64,000 bases of DNA from an uncultured Actinomycetes bacterium (lineage in GTDB: Bacteria; Actinomycetota; Thermoleophilia; UBA2241). Shown piece after piece: positions 18,777 to 28,754 of this stretch. Below the pieces are notes generated by a model. That model had not been told where the DNA came from. It saw nothing but the letters and a program-made list of their open reading frames with translations, and made no database searches. The stretch covers positions 64,001-128,000 of the forward strand of contig CAVPVX010000001.1 in NCBI GenBank assembly GCA_963709345.1, read 5' to 3'. The position numbers and the translations under genes are program-made. Numbering within the stretch: position 1 is the first letter of the stretch; each line of letters starts with the position of its first letter.

Positions 18777-20011
18777 GCGAACCGCCTCCTCATCTTGAGC
18801 ACGGCGAAGAAGAAGAAGGCGACGGCGAACCCGAGCGGGATGAGCACCTGCCAGCGGATGTCGGCCGCCCCGCCGCCGCGAAGGGCGGTGTCCCAGCCCT
18901 GGATGAGCCAGCCGTTGGGCGTGAGCTTCTGCACGACGGCGAAGGCTCCACTGGACTGCGCCGTCCCCGTGAAGTTGCCGCCGAGGAGCGCGAGGACGAG
19001 GTAGATCCCGGAGCCGATAGCGCCGGCTTGGGCAGCGGTCTTGGCGAAGGCGATGATGAGCAGGGCAAGGCCCCCGGCCACGCCGGCGGCGACAAACGTG
19101 AGCAGCACGACGGCGTCGAGGGAACCCCACTGGATGCCGAAGATCAGGCGGCCGGCGACGAGGAGCACGACCGCCTGCGCCAGCACCGTGACGAACACCG
19201 AGACGAACTTGCCGCCGATGATCGTCCCGTGGCGTGTCGGCGTCGTGAAGAGGCGCGGCATGGTGCCGTCACGGTCCTCCGTGAGGATCGTGCGGGCCAC
19301 GTTGGCCGCCCCGAAGAACATGAAGAAGACCATCATGCCGGAGAGGATGACGCCGGTCACGCTCACCTCGTTCTCCGTCTTGCCGACCTTGGGTGAGCGC
19401 TGCGCGATGTCCAGGACCGACGAGATGCCGCCGCTCTGACTGAACGCCTGGGCGGCGGCCGCGGCGACCTGCGCAGCCGGCGGGTCGCCGGCGGCGTCCG
19501 AGCGCACGGCAACGGCGCCGGCGGCTGCGGCCCGGGCGCCGTTGAAGTCGGCGAGCACCTGGCCGACGACGCCCTCGACGATGGAACCGCCGATCTCGCT
19601 GGTCGGGTTCTCGTAGATCTCGACCCGCGCCGTCGCCGACGGGTCGTCGCCGTAGACGGCCTGGCTGAAGTCGGCCGGGACGATGACGGCGACGGCCGCG
19701 TCGCCGTCATCCACGGCCTTGCGCGCCGCGGCGCCGTCCTTCTCGCGTGTCACCGCGAGGACGTCCTTGAGGTCAGGGCTCTCGAAGATGCCGGCCACAA
19801 TGCAGCCCGCCGCCGTCGGCACGCCAGGCGCTCCCGCGTCCTCGACCGTCAGGGCGACCTTGGTCGCGGCGATCTCGAACGACTCGCCGCCGCCGAAGGC
19901 GAGGCCGAGCAGTGAGGCGAGCGCCAGCGGGGCGACGAGCATCATCACCAGCGCGGGCACGTTGCGGATGGTGCTGCGCAGGTCCTTCCAGGCGATGGCG
20001 AGGACCTTCAT
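18773..20011 (-). CDS. ABC-2 type exporter permease
   Basis: IAWKDLR, EDRDGTMPRLFTTP, IIGGKF, LLGGNF, LTPNGW. Confidence 0.9.
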   Translation of the reverse strand: MKVLAIAWKDLRSTIRNVPALVMMLVAPLALASLLGLAFGGGESFEIAATKVALTVEDAGAPGVPTAAGCIVAGIFESPDLKDVLAVTREKDGAAARKAVDDGDAAVAVIVPADFSQAVYGDDPSATARVEIYENPTSEIGGSIVEGVVGQVLADFNGARAAAAGAVAVRSDAAGDPPAAQVAAAAAQAFSQSGGISSVLDIAQRSPKVGKTENEVSVTGVILSGMMVFFMFFGAANVARTILTEDRDGTMPRLFTTPTRHGTIIGGKFVSVFVTVLAQAVVLLVAGRLIFGIQWGSLDAVVLLTFVAAGVAGGLALLIIAFAKTAAQAGAIGSGIYLVLALLGGNFTGTAQSSGAFAVVQKLTPNGWLIQGWDTALRGGGAADIRWQVLIPLGFAVAFFFFAVLKMRRRFA

Positions 20012-20077
20012 GAGCGCCGGCGGTCCTTCACGGCCTCGTGCACCACGTCCCCTTCGGCGATGACCCGGCTTCGCCGG

Positions 20078-21022
20078 TCATTCTCTCAGCGCCCGGCCGG
20101 TGAGGTGCAGAAACACCATCTCGAGGTTGGGCTCGCGCACGTTGATCTCGGTGATGCGCGAGCCGGCCGCGGCCGCCGCCTCGAACAGCCGCGGCAGCAC
20201 GTCGTTGGGGTCGTCGGTCAGAAGAACGGCCTCGTCCTCCTCGATGTCGACCGTCTCTACCCCGGGCACCTCGCGCCAGCGCTCGGCCATCCCCTCCAGA
20301 GAGTGGTCCACACGGGCCGCGACCCGCGACTGCTGGCCGACGATCCTCACGAGCTCGTCGTGCGTGCCGCTTGCGATCATCTTGCCGTGGTCGACGATGG
20401 CGATGCGGTCGCTGAGCTCCTGCGCTTCGGCCATGTAGTGCGTGGTGTACAGGATCGTCATCCCCTGGTCGCGCAGCGCCAGGATGCCGTCGAGGATCGA
20501 CCGCCGGCTCTGCGGGTCGATCCCCACCGTGGGTTCGTCGAGGTACAGGACCTTGGGCTTGTGCAGGAGTGCCACGCCGATGTTGACGCGGCGCTTCATG
20601 CCGCCGCTGAACTTCTCGATGCGGTCCTTCTGGCGGTCGACCAGCGTGATGAGCTCGAGCACCTCGTCGACGCGCGTCTTGAGTGCGTCGCCCGAGAGAC
20701 CGTACATCCGCCCCCAGAAGAGCAGGTTCTCACGAGCGCTCATATCGGGATAGAGGGCGATGTCCTGAGGGACGACGCCGATCGCCTCCTTGACGGCCAT
20801 GGACTGGTGCACGATCGAGTTCCCGGCGACCATCGCGTCGCCGCCGCTCGGCTTCAGCAGGCAGCTGAGCATGGAGATGGTCGTGCTCTTGCCGGCGCCG
20901 TTGGGGCCGAGGAGACTGAAGATCTCGCCCTCGGCGATCTCGAAGCTCACGCCGTCGACGGCCAGCACGCCCTTGGGGGGGTCGTACTGCTTGCGCAGCT
21001 CCTGGACCTCGATGATGCTCAC
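20078..21022 (-). CDS. ABC exporter ATP-binding protein (DrrA-like)
   Basis: GPNGAGKST, FSGGMKRR, LDEPTVGIDP, TTHYM. Confidence 0.95.
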   Translation of the reverse strand: MSIIEVQELRKQYDPPKGVLAVDGVSFEIAEGEIFSLLGPNGAGKSTTISMLSCLLKPSGGDAMVAGNSIVHQSMAVKEAIGVVPQDIALYPDMSARENLLFWGRMYGLSGDALKTRVDEVLELITLVDRQKDRIEKFSGGMKRRVNIGVALLHKPKVLYLDEPTVGIDPQSRRSILDGILALRDQGMTILYTTHYMAEAQELSDRIAIVDHGKMIASGTHDELVRIVGQQSRVAARVDHSLEGMAERWREVPGVETVDIEEDEAVLLTDDPNDVLPRLFEAAAAAGSRITEINVREPNLEMVFLHLTGRALRE

Positions 21023-21225
21023 CGGCCGACCCTCCCAGTACGGGATGCTTTGACGGCTCCTTATACACCACGGGTCGTGCCGGGGTCACGCTTGTCGGAG
21101 GTCGCACCCGACCGACTCGAGGTCCGTGCGCGAGATCTCCGCCCGTGCGGCCCGTGGTCGCTATCGCGGGCCAAGGTCAAAGTGATAACGTATTGGGCAT
21201 AGTGATTACACATAGGGGTGACGAC

Positions 21226-21474
21226 ATGGTTCGCACGCAGATCCAACTCAGTGAAGACGAAGCCGCCGCCGTCAAGCGCTTGGCACGTGAGCGCTCAGTC
21301 TCCATGGCGGCGGTGATCCGCGCCGCCGTCGACCAGTACGTCAGCCGCGAATCGGGAGTCTCGATCGACGAGCGTTGGCAGCGGTCGCTCGCCGCCGTGG
21401 GCGGGCTTCACTCGGGGAGAAGCGATCTCTCCCAGACGCATGACGACGAGTTCGCCGCGGCAGCCTCCGAGTGA
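21226..21474 (+). CDS. CopG/ribbon-helix-helix antitoxin (VapB-like)
   Basis: MVRTQIQL..VKRLA..SMAAVIRAAVD..DLS..HD; overlaps the PIN gene start. Confidence 0.88.
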   Translation: MVRTQIQLSEDEAAAVKRLARERSVSMAAVIRAAVDQYVSRESGVSIDERWQRSLAAVGGLHSGRSDLSQTHDDEFAAAASE

Positions 21475-21872
21475 GCGTCTTCGTCGACACGTCCTTCTTC
21501 ATCGCGCTGCTCGACGAAGACGACGAGCAGTCGCCTGCCGCCGCCACCCTGTGGCGGCAGGCGTCGGCCGCACACCTGCCCGTGTTCACGACCAACTACG
21601 TCGTACTGGAGGCGTGCGCCGTGTTCCAGCGACGCCTCGGCTTGGCCGCCGTCCGAAGGTTCGTGCGTGAGCTTCTCGCACCCGTGGATCTCGAGTGGGT
21701 GACGGGGGATGATCACGAGCGCGCCGTGGAGGCTCTGCTCGTCGCCGATCGCCGCCGGCTCAGCCTCGTCGACTGCACCAGCTTCGAGGTCATGCGCCGG
21801 ATGGAGGCGCGCGAGTGCTTGGCCTTCGACCAGCACTTCGCGGAGCAGGGCTTCGCGGTGGTGGCGGGTTAG
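21471..21872 (+). CDS. PIN-domain toxin (VapC-like)
   Basis: VFVDTS, TTNYVVLE, LSLVDCTSF, AFDQHF..GF. Confidence 0.92.
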   Translation: MSVFVDTSFFIALLDEDDEQSPAAATLWRQASAAHLPVFTTNYVVLEACAVFQRRLGLAAVRRFVRELLAPVDLEWVTGDDHERAVEALLVADRRRLSLVDCTSFEVMRRMEARECLAFDQHFAEQGFAVVAG

Positions 21873-24634
21873 CTCCGCGAAGGCAGCGGGCCGAGCGGGC
21901 GCAAGACGCAGACGGGCGTCTGCTCGGTGCCCTGCCCGAGCGGGTTGTCGCGCATCAGGTACCCGACGAGCTCGCGGTCGGCGCCCGCGGAGGCGCCGAG
22001 GACGGTGACCGCCAGGTCGCTGGCGTCGATGACGGCGGCATGGACGGTGCCGCCGGCCGCCTCGCTCAGGGCGGCGCTCAGCGTGGCGGCGACGCCGTCC
22101 GGGTCGGCCGGCCCGAGGCTGGCCGCCGTGTTGTGCGGCGGCAGCCGGTTGTATGCGGGGCCGTCGATGGCCTCGACCTCCCGCCCGGCGACCAGGTAGA
22201 ACACGCCGCGCTTGCGCACGAGCCGCCCGGCCGCACCGGCGGCGGCGGCGAGCAGGATGCGCGGCGCCCCGACCTGGTCGATCGCGAGCTGCATCGTCTG
22301 GGGCGTGCCCAGGCCGATGCCGTGGGGTGTCTTGGTCACCGCCGCGCCCAGCTTGCGCGCGAGCCAGGTGGGGTGGATGTCGTCGATCTGGAAGCTGCGG
22401 CCCTGGGCCGCGGAGACGGCGTTCTCGGCCATGGCGACGGTGTCACCGGGCTTCACGTGGGCGGCCACGTACTCACGGCACACCTCGGCCAGGTCGTCGT
22501 CGCGACCGACGACGCTCGTCTTGATCGGCAGACGCGCGAAGACGTACCCGCGCATGGCGGCGAACAGGTGCTTGGCGCCGTGGGGCTTGTACGCGTCGAG
22601 GAGGCGCTCGGCCTCGGCCGTGCCGGCCTCGGCGGCCGCGCCGCCGGCGGCCGCCAGCAGCGCCGGCACCCCCGGGTCGGCGGCCTGAGCGACCGTGCCG
22701 CGGCGTTTGGGCCCGATCTCCGCCGGAGCGGTGAGGGCAGCCTCGACGTCGACGTCCTCGAGCACCACGCTGCGGTCGCAGAACTCGCGCAGCCACAGCT
22801 CGACGTTCGCGGTACGCCAGAAGAAGGGCGACTCCTCGACCTTGCCGCGGCAGGCGTCGCGGAAGTTGCCGACGACGCCGGCCCCGTCCCAGTAGGGCCG
22901 CGACTGGAAGCTCGGTGACTGGTACAGACTGGTGAAGGCCGCCCGGCGCGCCTTGATCCAGCGCATCTCGGGGGTCGTGAACCCGACCTTCCAGCGGCGC
23001 AGGCGGATCTTGTCGGGCAACTGCTCCTTGAGGCCGACGCGAAGGATCCAGCGGCTCCAGCCGTCGCGGATGATGGCGTCGTCCGGGAGCGTGAGCAGGT
23101 AGTCGACGAACTCCTGGTCGAGGAACGGCAGCCGCGACTCGACGCTGAACGCCATGGCGTTGCGGTCCTCGTAGCGCAGCAGGCAGGGCAGGCAGTACGT
23201 GAGCAGATCCTGCAGCAGACGCTCCTTGAGGTGCGTCTGCGATTTGTCGATGCGAGGCTCCTCGACGCGGTCCAGGAAGCCGGGCTTCATCAGCGGCCGC
23301 GTGGCCAGGCGTTTGCTGCGCTGGGCGATGCGCCGGCGGATGAGCGGCCAAAGGACGTCGCGCGACTTCGCCCCCTCGCGACGCAGCTCCTCGTATCTGT
23401 GCTGCTCGCGCAGTTGGCGCAGGTAGACGAGCTGGTACGGCACGTAGCCGGCGAGCAGCTCGTCGCCGCCCTGGCCGTCGAGCAGCACCGTGACCTGCTC
23501 GCGGGCGGAGCGCATGACGCACCACTGCGCGTACGGGCCGGTGCTGACAAACGGCTCTTCCTGGTGCCAGATGAACTCGCGCAGCTCGTCGATGAACTCC
23601 GACGACAGCGGGTTCGTGTAGGTCGTGTCGGCGCCGGTGCTCTCGACGGCGGTCTCGATGTAGTCGCGCTCGTCGATGGGGTCGCCGTCGAACACGGCGC
23701 TGAAGGTCTTGAGCTGGCCGCGCAGCGACGCCGCGTCCGGCGCGTCCGCCTTCAGAAGCTCGCTCATGAAAGCGACGATGCTGGTCGAGTCGAGGCCGCC
23801 CGAGAGACACGAGCCGACGGGGACTTCGGAAACGAGGCGCCGCTCCACGCTGGTGCGGAAGAGGCGGCGGAAGAGCGCCGGGTCGGGCTTGCCGTCGGTG
23901 CGCAGCTCAGGCTCCCAGTACGGCGTGCTCGGAAGAGGCGCCGTGAGGAGGCCGGGCCCGGCGCCGTCGCCGGAGGCGGCCGGCGCTTCCGCCGGCGGCA
24001 GCGCCACTTCCATCCAGGTCGCCTCGGGCACGTGGTAGATGCCGGTGAACATGGTCTCGGCGCGGTGGTCGTGCAGGCCGTGCTCGAGGAACTCGTAGAT
24101 CATCTGCTCGTCCGGAATCGCCTGGAGCTCGGGATCCTGGAGGAGCCCTTTGATCTCGCTGGCAAAGAGAAGACGGCCGGTCAGCGGCGAGCGCGCGTAG
24201 TAGAGCGGCTTGATGCCGAAGTGGTCACGATTCAGGACCAGCTTGCCGTCGCCCGCCCGCAGATCGACGATGGCGAAGGCCCACATGCCGTTGAAGCGCG
24301 CCGCGCAGCCCGGCCCCCATTCCTCGTACGCATGGACGATGACCTCGCTGTCGGAGTTCGTGCGAAAGGTGTGGCCGGCGGCCTCGAGCTCGGCGTGCAG
24401 CTCGCGGTAGTTGTAGATCTCGCCGTTGTAGACGAGCCAGACGGTCTCGTCCTCGTTGGCGATCGGCTGATGCCCGCCCTCGCGGTCGATGATGCTGAGG
24501 CGCCGGTGGCCGAGGCTGACGGAGGGCCGCTCGAAAGAGCCGGCGTCGTCGGGGCCGCGGTGGACGAGGGCGGCGGCCATGCGGCCGAGGAGCTGCCGGT
24601 CCGGTGTACCGACGAAACCGAAGATTCCACACAT
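21869..24634 (-). CDS. Glutamine-hydrolysing asparagine synthase-like protein fused to a C-terminal F420-0:glutamyl ligase (CofE)-like domain
   Basis: MCGI, HRGPDD, HRRLSIID, YNGEIYN, RDHFGIKPLYY, LSGGLDS, DGQGGDE, ESRLPFLD; then RLPIKT..DDL..GDTVAMAE..AQGR..AIDGP..AVIDASD..DNPLGQG.EQTP. Confidence 0.88.
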   Translation of the reverse strand: MCGIFGFVGTPDRQLLGRMAAALVHRGPDDAGSFERPSVSLGHRRLSIIDREGGHQPIANEDETVWLVYNGEIYNYRELHAELEAAGHTFRTNSDSEVIVHAYEEWGPGCAARFNGMWAFAIVDLRAGDGKLVLNRDHFGIKPLYYARSPLTGRLLFASEIKGLLQDPELQAIPDEQMIYEFLEHGLHDHRAETMFTGIYHVPEATWMEVALPPAEAPAASGDGAGPGLLTAPLPSTPYWEPELRTDGKPDPALFRRLFRTSVERRLVSEVPVGSCLSGGLDSTSIVAFMSELLKADAPDAASLRGQLKTFSAVFDGDPIDERDYIETAVESTGADTTYTNPLSSEFIDELREFIWHQEEPFVSTGPYAQWCVMRSAREQVTVLLDGQGGDELLAGYVPYQLVYLRQLREQHRYEELRREGAKSRDVLWPLIRRRIAQRSKRLATRPLMKPGFLDRVEEPRIDKSQTHLKERLLQDLLTYCLPCLLRYEDRNAMAFSVESRLPFLDQEFVDYLLTLPDDAIIRDGWSRWILRVGLKEQLPDKIRLRRWKVGFTTPEMRWIKARRAAFTSLYQSPSFQSRPYWDGAGVVGNFRDACRGKVEESPFFWRTANVELWLREFCDRSVVLEDVDVEAALTAPAEIGPKRRGTVAQAADPGVPALLAAAGGAAAEAGTAEAERLLDAYKPHGAKHLFAAMRGYVFARLPIKTSVVGRDDDLAEVCREYVAAHVKPGDTVAMAENAVSAAQGRSFQIDDIHPTWLARKLGAAVTKTPHGIGLGTPQTMQLAIDQVGAPRILLAAAAGAAGRLVRKRGVFYLVAGREVEAIDGPAYNRLPPHNTAASLGPADPDGVAATLSAALSEAAGGTVHAAVIDASDLAVTVLGASAGADRELVGYLMRDNPLGQGTEQTPVCVLRPLGPLPSRS

Positions 24635-24760
24635 GCGCTGGAGTTCTCCTGAGGTGGGTGGCGGGTCGGCGCGGCGGCGCTTCCCGCCGCCGCGAGGGTC
24701 AACTTTACCACAGCGTCCCGGCCGGCCCGCCGCGGGCCGCCGCGGGCCGCGCCTCGCGTC

Positions 24761-25003
24761 TCAGCGAGAGAGAGCGGCCCGGTTGCCGGGGTGGGACATG
24801 CAGAAGTCGTCCTCGCGCACGAGCGGGAACGCCCCCACCACCGGGAAGGTGCCGAAGGGGAGCTCGCGGCTCGAGCCGCGGAAGTAGTGCTCCGCCTGCA
24901 GCGCGGTCGGCGGAGCCGCCCGGCAGGTCCCGGCGCCACCGGCGCCGGGAAGCGGGCTGAACGCCGGGCAGGTGGTGCACCGCTTCATCCCGTCCTGATC
25001 CAT
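24761..25003 (-). CDS. Small four-Cys hypothetical protein
   Basis: AGGAGG RBS before ATG; CTTC..GTCRAAPP..FPLVREDDFC. Confidence 0.65.
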   Translation of the reverse strand: MDQDGMKRCTTCPAFSPLPGAGGAGTCRAAPPTALQAEHYFRGSSRELPFGTFPVVGAFPLVREDDFCMSHPGNRAALSR

Positions 25004-25252
25004 GTCGCCTCCTGTGCGGATGGAATGCCGGCGCGGCAGGCTGCGCCCGCGCGCCGGCGCCGGCAACATGTTTGACGCGCGCCGTATGAGCTCCTGCCCC
25101 GCGCGGCGAACCACAGCCCGCGGGCGCCGCGCCGCCGCAGGCCCGCGCGGGCTTCTTCCCGGCAGCGCTCGCACGTGAACGCGGTGTCGTTGCGGCCGCG
25201 CGCGGGCGGCGGATACACTCGGGCCTCCCTGCCGCCGACGTGGAGGCCGACG

Positions 25253-27334
25253 ATGGTCGAACGCGACGAATCGCTTCGCGAGATCGAGCAGTTGGACTAC
25301 GTGTGGATCCCGATGCGCGACGGCGCCCGGCTCGCGGCGCGCGTCTGGCTGCCGGTCGACGCCGCGGATCACCCTGTGCCGGCCATCCTTGAGGCCGTCC
25401 CCTACCGGCTGAGCGACGGCATGGCCACGCGCGACGTCCTCATCCATCCCTACTGGGCACGGCGAGGCTACGCCTGCGTGCGCCTCGATCTGCGCGGCAG
25501 CGGGGAGTCGGACGGGGTGCTCGAAGACGAGTACCACCCGCAGGAGCAGGAAGACCTCATCGAGGTCGTCGCCTGGCTTGCGGCGCAACCCTGGTGCAGC
25601 GGCGGCGTCGGCATGACAGGCATCTCGTGGGGCGGGTTCAACAGCCTGCAGCTCGCCGCCCGGCGGCCGCCCGCCCTCAAGGCCGTCATCACGCTCATGA
25701 GCACCGACGACCGCTACGCCGACGACGTGCACTACAAGGGCGGCTGCGTTCTCGCCACCGACCTTCTCCACTGGAGCACCTGCATGCTGCACGGGCAGTG
25801 CCAGCCGCCGCACGAGGCGGCGGTCGGGGAACGCTGGCGCGAGCTGTGGGAACAGCGGCTCGCGGCGAACAAGCCGTGGATCCACACCTGGTTGGCACAT
25901 CAGCGCCGCGACGGGTACTGGAAGCACGGCTCCGTCTGCGAGGACTACGGCGCCATCGAGATCCCCGTGTACGCCATCGGCGGCTGGACCGACGGCTACA
26001 CGAACAGCGTGCTGCGTCTTCTGGAGCGGCTGCCCGGCATCCGCAAGGGCCTCATCGGCCCGTGGCCGCACGCCTTCCCTCACTACGCGACCCCCGGCCC
26101 CGCTATCGGCTTTCTGCAGGAAGCACTGCGCTGGTGGGACCACTGGCTCAAGGGAGCCGACACCGGGATACAGCACGAGCCCATGCTGCGCGCGTGGATG
26201 CACGAGTCTACGCCGCCCGCCCCGTGGATGGACGAGGTGCCGGGGCGCTGGGTGAGTGAGGACACGTGGCCGTCGCCGCGCGTCGAGGCCGCCCGCTGGC
26301 GCCTCGACGCCGACGGCGTGCTGCGCGACGCCGCAGGCGTTTCGCGCCCGGACGCGGAGACCGCCGCCTCGCTCGGCGCGGACGGCGACGGCCGCCTGCG
26401 CATCAAGGGGTCGCAGCTCTGCGGCGCCGACGCCGGCGCCTGGTGCGCCGAGAGCCAGCCGAGCGACTTCCCGCCCGACCAGCGCGCCGCCGAGGGCCAG
26501 TCTCTCTGCTTCACCTCGGCGCCGCTGGTCGCGCCGCTCGAGATCCTGGGCCACCCGCGACTTACGCTGAGTTTCTCGAGCGATCGCCCGCTGGCCCTGC
26601 TGGCCGCGCGCCTCGACGACGTCGCTCCCGACGGCGTGTCGCGACTGGTGGCCCAGCAGATCGTCAATCTGACGCACCTCGAGAGCCACGAGTATCCGGA
26701 GCCGCTCGAGCCGGGGCGCAGCTACACGACGAGGCTCGCGATCGACGCCGTGGCTCACGCCTTCCCGGCCGGCCACCGGCTGCGCGTCGCGCTCTCGCCG
26801 ACGTACTGGCCGTGGGCGTGGCCGTCGCCGGAGCCGGTCACGCTCACCGTCGCCGGCGGGGCGACCATGCTCGAACTCCCCGTCCGGCCGCCGCGGGCGG
26901 AGGACAAGGCGCTGCGCCCCTTCGACCCGCCCGTCGTCCCCGAGGGCCTCGGCGAGACCACGAGCGGCGGCGGCCCGGGCGGCCGCAGCTACACCCGGGA
27001 CCTCGTCGCCGACGGCATCGTCTGGACGTTCCGCTACGTCGACGGCGGGACCGTCGTGCTGCCGAACGGCTGGGTGACGACGGAGTCGAACCGCGTCAGC
27101 TACGGCGTCCGCGCGGGTGATCCGCTCTCGGCGCGTGTGGCCGTGGACGCCGAGTCGGTGCTCGAGCGCGGCGCGCAGGGTCGTTTCCGCATCGTCACGC
27201 ACGGGGAGATGACGTGCGACGCGACGAGGTTCTTCGTCGATGACACCGTCACCGTGACAGAAGGCGCCGACGGCGCCGAGCGAGAAGTCTTCTCGAAGAC
27301 GTGGCGCCACGAGGCGCCGCGAGACTGCGTTTAG
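25253..27334 (+). CDS. CocE/NonD family serine hydrolase (peptidase S15)
   Basis: IPMRDGARL, DLRGSGESDG, GISWGG nucleophile, GGWTDGY, IGPWPH. Confidence 0.93.
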   Translation: MVERDESLREIEQLDYVWIPMRDGARLAARVWLPVDAADHPVPAILEAVPYRLSDGMATRDVLIHPYWARRGYACVRLDLRGSGESDGVLEDEYHPQEQEDLIEVVAWLAAQPWCSGGVGMTGISWGGFNSLQLAARRPPALKAVITLMSTDDRYADDVHYKGGCVLATDLLHWSTCMLHGQCQPPHEAAVGERWRELWEQRLAANKPWIHTWLAHQRRDGYWKHGSVCEDYGAIEIPVYAIGGWTDGYTNSVLRLLERLPGIRKGLIGPWPHAFPHYATPGPAIGFLQEALRWWDHWLKGADTGIQHEPMLRAWMHESTPPAPWMDEVPGRWVSEDTWPSPRVEAARWRLDADGVLRDAAGVSRPDAETAASLGADGDGRLRIKGSQLCGADAGAWCAESQPSDFPPDQRAAEGQSLCFTSAPLVAPLEILGHPRLTLSFSSDRPLALLAARLDDVAPDGVSRLVAQQIVNLTHLESHEYPEPLEPGRSYTTRLAIDAVAHAFPAGHRLRVALSPTYWPWAWPSPEPVTLTVAGGATMLELPVRPPRAEDKALRPFDPPVVPEGLGETTSGGGPGGRSYTRDLVADGIVWTFRYVDGGTVVLPNGWVTTESNRVSYGVRAGDPLSARVAVDAESVLERGAQGRFRIVTHGEMTCDATRFFVDDTVTVTEGADGAEREVFSKTWRHEAPRDCV

Positions 27335-27394
27335 GGCACGGCGCCGGCGACCGCGAGACGCCGCCGGCGACCGGCTACGAGGGAGGCTGCAGGC

Positions 27395-28258
27395 ATGTAC
27401 TTCGGCGCGCACGTGAAGTCGTCGGGCGGCGTCTGGCACGCGATCGAGAACGGGGTCGAGATCGGCTGCGAAGCGGTGCAGTTCTTCGCCGGAAGCCCGC
27501 GCACCTGGGCGCCGACCGTGTACAAGGAGGCGGACGCGGCGCAGTTCCGTGAGGCGCGCGCCGCGTCGCCGATCCGCTTCGTCCTCATCCACACGATCTA
27601 CCTGATCAACCTGGCCAGCGCCAAAGAGGACTTCTACGAGAAGTCGGTCACGTCGCTCTGCGGCGCGCTCGCGGCGGCCGACCAGCTCGGCGCCGACGCG
27701 ATCGTGACGCACATCGGCTCGCACCAGGGCGCCGGCTTCGAGGCCGGTCTTGAGCGCGTGCAGGCGGGGCTGCGGCACGCCCTGGACGAGAGCGAGGGTT
27801 CGGCCGTCCGCCTGTTGCTCGAGAACACGGCGGGCGCCGGCGGCACCATGGGCATCGACTTCGAGGAGCTGGGCGCGATCATCGCCGCCGCCGGCGCCGA
27901 CCCGCGGCTCGGCATCTGCCTGGACACGGCGCACCTGTTCGAGTCCGGCGCCGACATCCGCACGGCCGCAGGGCTGGCCGAGACGCTGACGCGTCTCGAC
28001 GCCGCCTGCGGCCGCGAGCGCCTCGCGGCGCTGCACCTCAACGACTCCAAGACCGCGCTCGGCTCCAATCGCGACCGGCACGAGAACATCGGCGACGGCG
28101 ACCTCGGCGAAGAGGGCTTCCGCTTGATCGTGAACGAACCGGCTTTCTCCGATCTGCCCGGCATCCTCGAAGTCCCGGGGCTGGACGGCACGGGTCCGGA
28201 TCGCGAGAACCTCGCCCGGCTCCGCCGGCTGGCCGGCGGGCGGGCCGGCCCGGCGTGA
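27395..28258 (+). CDS. nfo: Endonuclease IV
   Basis: GAHV, H..YLINLAS, LLENTAG, CLDTAH, HLNDSK, DRHENIG, ILEVP. Confidence 0.95.
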   Translation: MYFGAHVKSSGGVWHAIENGVEIGCEAVQFFAGSPRTWAPTVYKEADAAQFREARAASPIRFVLIHTIYLINLASAKEDFYEKSVTSLCGALAAADQLGADAIVTHIGSHQGAGFEAGLERVQAGLRHALDESEGSAVRLLLENTAGAGGTMGIDFEELGAIIAAAGADPRLGICLDTAHLFESGADIRTAAGLAETLTRLDAACGRERLAALHLNDSKTALGSNRDRHENIGDGDLGEEGFRLIVNEPAFSDLPGILEVPGLDGTGPDRENLARLRRLAGGRAGPA

Positions 28259-28439
28259 CACGGCGGGCGGTGATCGTCACCGGCGCGGAAGACGCCACCA
28301 CGGCGCATGCCCCGGGCGACGCCTTCGCCACCACCGGCGCCGCGCGGGCCAACGATGCCTGAGAGACCCGGGGCGAGCGCGGGTATACTCGGCGTGCGCC
28401 GCGCACGCGGCGCCGAGACCCGGACCGCGAGGTGACGCC

Positions 28440-28676
28440 ATGGAGCTCGTGACCGTGACCACCGTCAATGACGCAGGGTTGGCCAACGTGGTCAGAGGAG
28501 TGCTCGAACAAGCCGGCATCGAAGCCGTCGTCGGAGGCACCGGCATGGAGGGCGTGTATCCCACGCCGTCGGTCAACCCGCTCCAGATCCTGGTGAGCGA
28601 GGACGACCTTGCGAGGGCGCGTGACGTGCTCGCCCAGTACGAGACGACGCCGGACGACGAGAGCGACGAGGAGTAG
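28440..28676 (+). CDS. DUF2007-like small protein
   Basis: GAGGTG RBS; ANVVRGVLEQAGIEA..ILVSEDDLARARDVL. Confidence 0.75.
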   Translation: MELVTVTTVNDAGLANVVRGVLEQAGIEAVVGGTGMEGVYPTPSVNPLQILVSEDDLARARDVLAQYETTPDDESDEE

Positions 28677-28754
28677 CCCGGCCGCGTCTGCTATCATGTG
28701 CCTGTTTGCAGCGTGTTTTCGGCCCTGCGGGGCGTTCCTGACACGGGAGTAACG

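Noticed and set aside
24761-28261. 1166-aa minus-strand ORF and other long antisense ORFs (e.g. 10476-13373, 3605-5455, 46419-48587, 28038-30056)
   Set aside because: Shadow frames of real genes in high-GC DNA; Arg/Ala/Gly-rich with no motifs. Only the last 80 codons of the first look genuine
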